Positions 60,308 to 64,000 of a stretch of 64,000 nt of DNA are shown one piece after another. The notes beneath the pieces are model-generated. The model did no database searches. It had not been told where the DNA came from and saw only the letters and a list, made by a program, of their open reading frames with translations. Position numbers and translations under genes: made by a program. Source of the DNA: Macrostomum lignano (taxonomy: Eukaryota); contig NIVC01000337.1 in NCBI GenBank assembly GCA_002269645.1, positions 124,001-188,000 of the forward strand. Reading direction: 5' to 3'. How positions within the stretch are numbered: position 1 is the stretch's first letter; every line of letters starts with the position of its first letter.

Positions 60308-60744
60308 CTTACGGCATGTTCGTAGCTCAAAATTTTCTATACTTGTCGCATGGGACCAACGAAAATTTGAAGATACACTGCAAACTTCATCCCCAGCTTT
60401 CCAGCATAACTAATCTCTTATGTTATCCTGATACTGGGTTCTCGAGTGATCTGGAAGGAATTCTAGCTATTCACCATTGTCTAAAAATTCAGTCCTTAGA
60501 TCTAAGGAGAATTGGTAGTAACAGAATATTATCGCGATATCTTAGCAATCGCATATTAATATATAGTCTTTGTTCTCGCAATATCTATTCTATGAGCTAA
60601 TTTTTAATAGTAGAAAATGAGATTTTTGTGACGTGGCGTTGATTTGATTTTATGCTCAACATTGGAGACGAAACCGGCCGTTACACAATAAAGATGCAAT
60701 TTCGAAAAAGTTAAATATAATACGAGCGTAGCCATATTAGATCG

Positions 60745-61245
60745 ACCTCAGCGGAACGGCTGAGTGGAGTGGCGCCCGCAGACATTTGCTTTCCTGAGAA
60801 GCGCCCAGAAGCAGCAGAGCACAGCAGCCCAAAAGGCGGCGTCTGCAGGGACTTCATCTGTTTTGCTAGTGAAAGCGGAACCGTCGGGGTGATGGGGTCT
60901 TTCTGCTTGACTGAATGGCTGCTTGTCCGTTTGGCGCTCTTAACTGCCAGATCGATCAGGCCGGACTTGGTGATGTCGGGGAGTTGCGCCAGCTTGAAGC
61001 TCCAGCTGATGGCCGCCAGGTGTCCACCGAGGCTACCAGGTGCCACGCCGCGCTTAGCCAGGCGTCGCACGTACTCGACCAGGTGCACCGGGGATGCCGC
61101 TAGTGGCTGAACACCCTCGAGGTCGCAGAAGCGCTACCACTGTTCGAGGTTTGAAGCGTACGACGCCCTCGTACTAGGAGCCCAGGCGTCGGCGAGGAAG
61201 CGAAGGAGCAGCCCGCGGGTAGGCGGGAGGCAGGAGGTACCGGAC
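60745..61245 (-). pseudogene. Tyrosine recombinase N-terminal part, truncated shortly after the first catalytic Arg
   Basis: AWAPSTRASYASNLEQW*RFC...LAAISWSFKL...KDPIT, then (frameshift) FWAAVLCCFWALLRKANV; HxxR/Y motifs absent. Confidence 0.85.
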
Positions 61246-61319
61246 CTGCAAAAGTAAAAGGGAGACGGAGGCAGGGCAGAGCGCGTGGCGCGAGATGCAG
61301 CAGGATTCAGCAGCTAAAT

Positions 61320-63057
61320 CATGCAGGCTACGGTAGAAGCGGAGAAAAAAATTCTGTGCCCCGCTTCTAGAAGCAAGGCGAGAGGCCGGATCTGCCAGGA
61401 CCTAGAAAGCGCCTGGAACGTGAAAGGCCCGCAGCCGCAGACCCCACGCGTCGCAGGCAAGGGACAGCGTGTGCAGGAGCCGGTTGACGTCGTTACATGG
61501 CGAGCTGAGCTTGTTCAGCGCACCGACAGCCGTCGAGCTGTCGCTGTATACGACGATGTCCGCACCGGCGAAGCGGGCCGGGGCCGCGAGGATGCTGAGG
61601 ACAGGCGTGATGGTCTCCTTAACGTTGATGTGGGCCGAAGCAAAACGGCCACCAGCGTCATTCTTCCAGTTGATGAAGAGCCAGTCGGACTTATTGGCCT
61701 CCCGAACAATGCAGCCACCCCCGAGTTGCAGGCGTCAGTCTCGATGACGATCCTTCGAGCGTAGCGAGGCCAGATGGGCGCGCAGCCAATGGACTGAAGG
61801 CTTCTCGTCTACCAGTGCAGCAACTCGGTGAGGTGCGGGGCCCGCTGCAATTTGTCCCCAGGTCTAGTCGCCCGGCTCGCCAGCATCAGTAGAGGGCGGA
61901 TGGAAGCTCGGCCTTTCCTGGTCACGCTGCTCACCCAGGACAGCTTGCCGCAGATCCGCTGGAGGTCGCGCTTGCTGATGGCACCGCGTCGATGCAAGCA
62001 GCTCCCGAGTGCGTCTTCGGGTGCACTGAGCTTGGCCGGTGGGATGCTCAGCGTCCCCGACTCTGTGTCAATCAGGACGCCCAGGAAAACCGTGCGCCGC
62101 GACGGCCCGCTAGACTTTTTTTCGTTGATGGTGAAACCGAGGCTCGTCGCCAGGCTTCTCAAGCTCTCGTAGGCCTCGAAACAGGCCTCGTAGGTGCTCC
62201 CGGCCACAGCGAAGTCGTCGAGGTAGCCAACGCAGGTGAACCCGCGCCGTTGCATCATGCGCACCACCGCCTTAGACAGCCTGTTGAAATGGTACACCGA
62301 GGCCGCAGCGCCGAAGCTCAGCCGGGTGTCGACCAGGCTCGCTATCGCCGCTAATTGCCATTTGACGCCCAGAGCGTCGAGAGAAAAAGGATGGACACCT
62401 ACTGAGCAATACGCCTCCTTGAGATCGATCTTGGCCGTGAAGTCACCGGGATTGAGTTGTAAGCAGAGGCCGCTAACCGTCTCAAACTTAATCTTGTGGT
62501 CTGCGATAAAGTGGTTGTTGACCGCACAGCCTTCCGGACGACTGCAGTTGTGGATGATATGGACTCCACCGTCCTCTTTCGGGATGGCACCAAGCGCGGA
62601 GATCTTGCACGGACGTCGGCTGACTGACACATACCGCCCGCTGGCGATCTCACGCTGCAATTGCTCTTCCGACCAACGTCTTGTACTCAATGGCGGACGA
62701 GTAGTTCCCAACTTCGGAAGGCTTAAAATCTGTTTCAGTAGTGAGCACGAAGCCGTTTTGGACTCCGTCAATTAAAAAAGGCCCGTCGGGGTCGCCGTCC
62801 AGCTCCTTCGTCCAGGCATTTGAGTCAAGGGAGCCACTTGGATTGAAATTGATGTCGCGAATGGAGTAAAAACTTGGGATTAAAAGTTGCGGCTGCCAGC
62901 TTGCCGGGGCACTGGAGCCGCGGCTATTCGTTTTTTGCCGCGTGTTGCGTCTCGCCGTGGTCCGAGCGCAAGCAGACCCGGCACGCATGAGTGTGCTTGC
63001 AATTCTGGAACTTGCAGCCACCACGGGTGTTGAACTTGAGGCAGACGGGCGCTCCAT
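61320..63057 (-). pseudogene. Pol (reverse transcriptase + RNase H) with frameshifts and stops
   Basis: AWTKELDGDPDGPFLIDGVQNGF; KIDLKEAY; LSFG; GYLDDF; IETDAC; HINVKE; YSDS; HVPG..*VLADPASR. Confidence 0.92.
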
Positions 63058-63907
63058 GAATCACCGGAATCTTCCTGTCCAGGCGAGAACGGGCATGTTG
63101 TGGAGTCTGCTACGGGGCGATGAGGTGCCGTGCCACCAGCGAGAAACTCGGTCGCGCCCAGTCTTGCATGCCCGCCTGCTGCTCTCTTCTGAATGCGTCG
63201 TCGAACCGCATGATCCTGGTGGTGTCATAACCTGCCTCGACCAGCTCACCGATCTGCACGTTGTACTGCAAGTACTGCCGAACGCCTTCCAGGTCGAGCT
63301 GTCCCCTAGAGATCAGGGCGTCGAGGATGCGCGCGTTGCCGACTATCCACTGACCGATTCCCTGCGATTCGGGTTTAGGCTGATTGGCGGTTGCATGCAA
63401 CACCTTTTCCCTACGACTCGCCGGCGCCGTCCGAGGGTCACAACCGCAGAAATCCGTAACGACGAGTGGTGCCGCCCGTAGCCCTGGTTGAGTTACTGAG
63501 GGCTCGAACCCGGGACCTCTGAGCATACTCGGGATATTCATGTCGCTACTACAATCAGAGGGCTCATTAAGAAGCTGATGGTCCACCTCACCTGGTCTAA
63601 ATTGGCCTTCCAGCTGCTGGCGCATTGCTGCCGTCTCCGATTGCAGGCTACTAGCTATCTTCCGCTGGAGCTCTGCTAGGTCCAGCGCCTCCCCTGCCTC
63701 CAGCCGTTGTCGCTGCTGCTGCCGCCGCCCTTCGCTGTCGGTCTCCGCGGAGTTTGATGCCACTTGTTCCCGACGACTAGCTGCTTCGCTCTGGCTCATC
63801 GCAGTGGAGAGTCTACTGACCAGGTCTTTCTTGTAGCCGTGCGTGCTCAGGCCCCTATCTCTCAATTCTTCACGTAGCTAATTTACAGTCATCCTACGCA
63901 AACTCAT
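62924..63907 (-). pseudogene. Gag-like ORF with N-terminal SAP motif and C-terminal Cys/His zinc knuckle; two in-frame TAG stops
   Basis: MSLRRMTVN*LREELRDRGLSTHGYKKDLVSRL; YNVQIGEL...RFDDAFRREQ...W; after TAG at 63112-63110 the same frame gives CLKFNTRGGCKFQNCKHTHACRVCLRSDH. Confidence 0.85.
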
Positions 63908-64000
63908 AGTACCCAGAGTAAGTTGGGCTAGCCAAAAATCGCAAAAGAACGCACGCAAGCTGGCGAGGAGAGATAGGCTGAGGCGGGCACAACGCACGGG

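Larger units (their letters stand above)
60745..64000 (-). mobile_element. Decayed, 3'-truncated Ngaro/DIRS-type tyrosine-recombinase retrotransposon (gag, RT-RNase H, YR)
   Basis: Gene order gag > pol > YR with diagnostic motifs (see sub-features); several stops and frameshifts; the element may extend past the window end. Confidence 0.92.

Noticed and set aside
61134-63880. TAG reassignment or programmed readthrough explaining the element's TAG stops
   Set aside because: The element also has frameshifts and truncation, and the host Dispatched gene ends in TAG.

Overview
Eukaryotic (animal) genomic DNA. Coding exons are GC-rich, intergenic DNA is AT-rich, and most long introns carry their own minisatellite; this style suggests a Macrostomum-like flatworm (inference only). 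Hand-spliced gene models, all frame-consistent: AXDND1 (5' part, minus), intronless SPATA6-like (minus), ACAA2 thiolase (2 exons, 397 aa), TOPBP1 (3 exons, ~1565 aa, GC-AG intron 1), CCM2 (4 exons, 459 aa) followed by a separately spliced duplicate of its harmonin-homology domain and C-terminal peptide, and a 9-exon Dispatched-family RND transporter (~1100 aa). A three-copy cluster of secreted Cys-rich/C-type lectin genes has one intact copy, one 5'-truncated copy and one disrupted by a 1104-bp solo LTR. Mobile DNA: an internally deleted Tc1-like element, tRNA-like SINE heads, MITE-like relics, a hammerhead-like motif, and a decayed Ngaro/DIRS tyrosine-recombinase retrotransposon with a SAP-domain Gag. 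A 6.3-kb satellite has three-copy higher-order structure. Best leads: the HHD-only CCM2 duplicate, minisatellite introns with junctional direct repeats, a possible CpA>TpA decay signature, and the lectin birth-and-death cluster. Family assignments come from recalled sequence motifs, not database searches.
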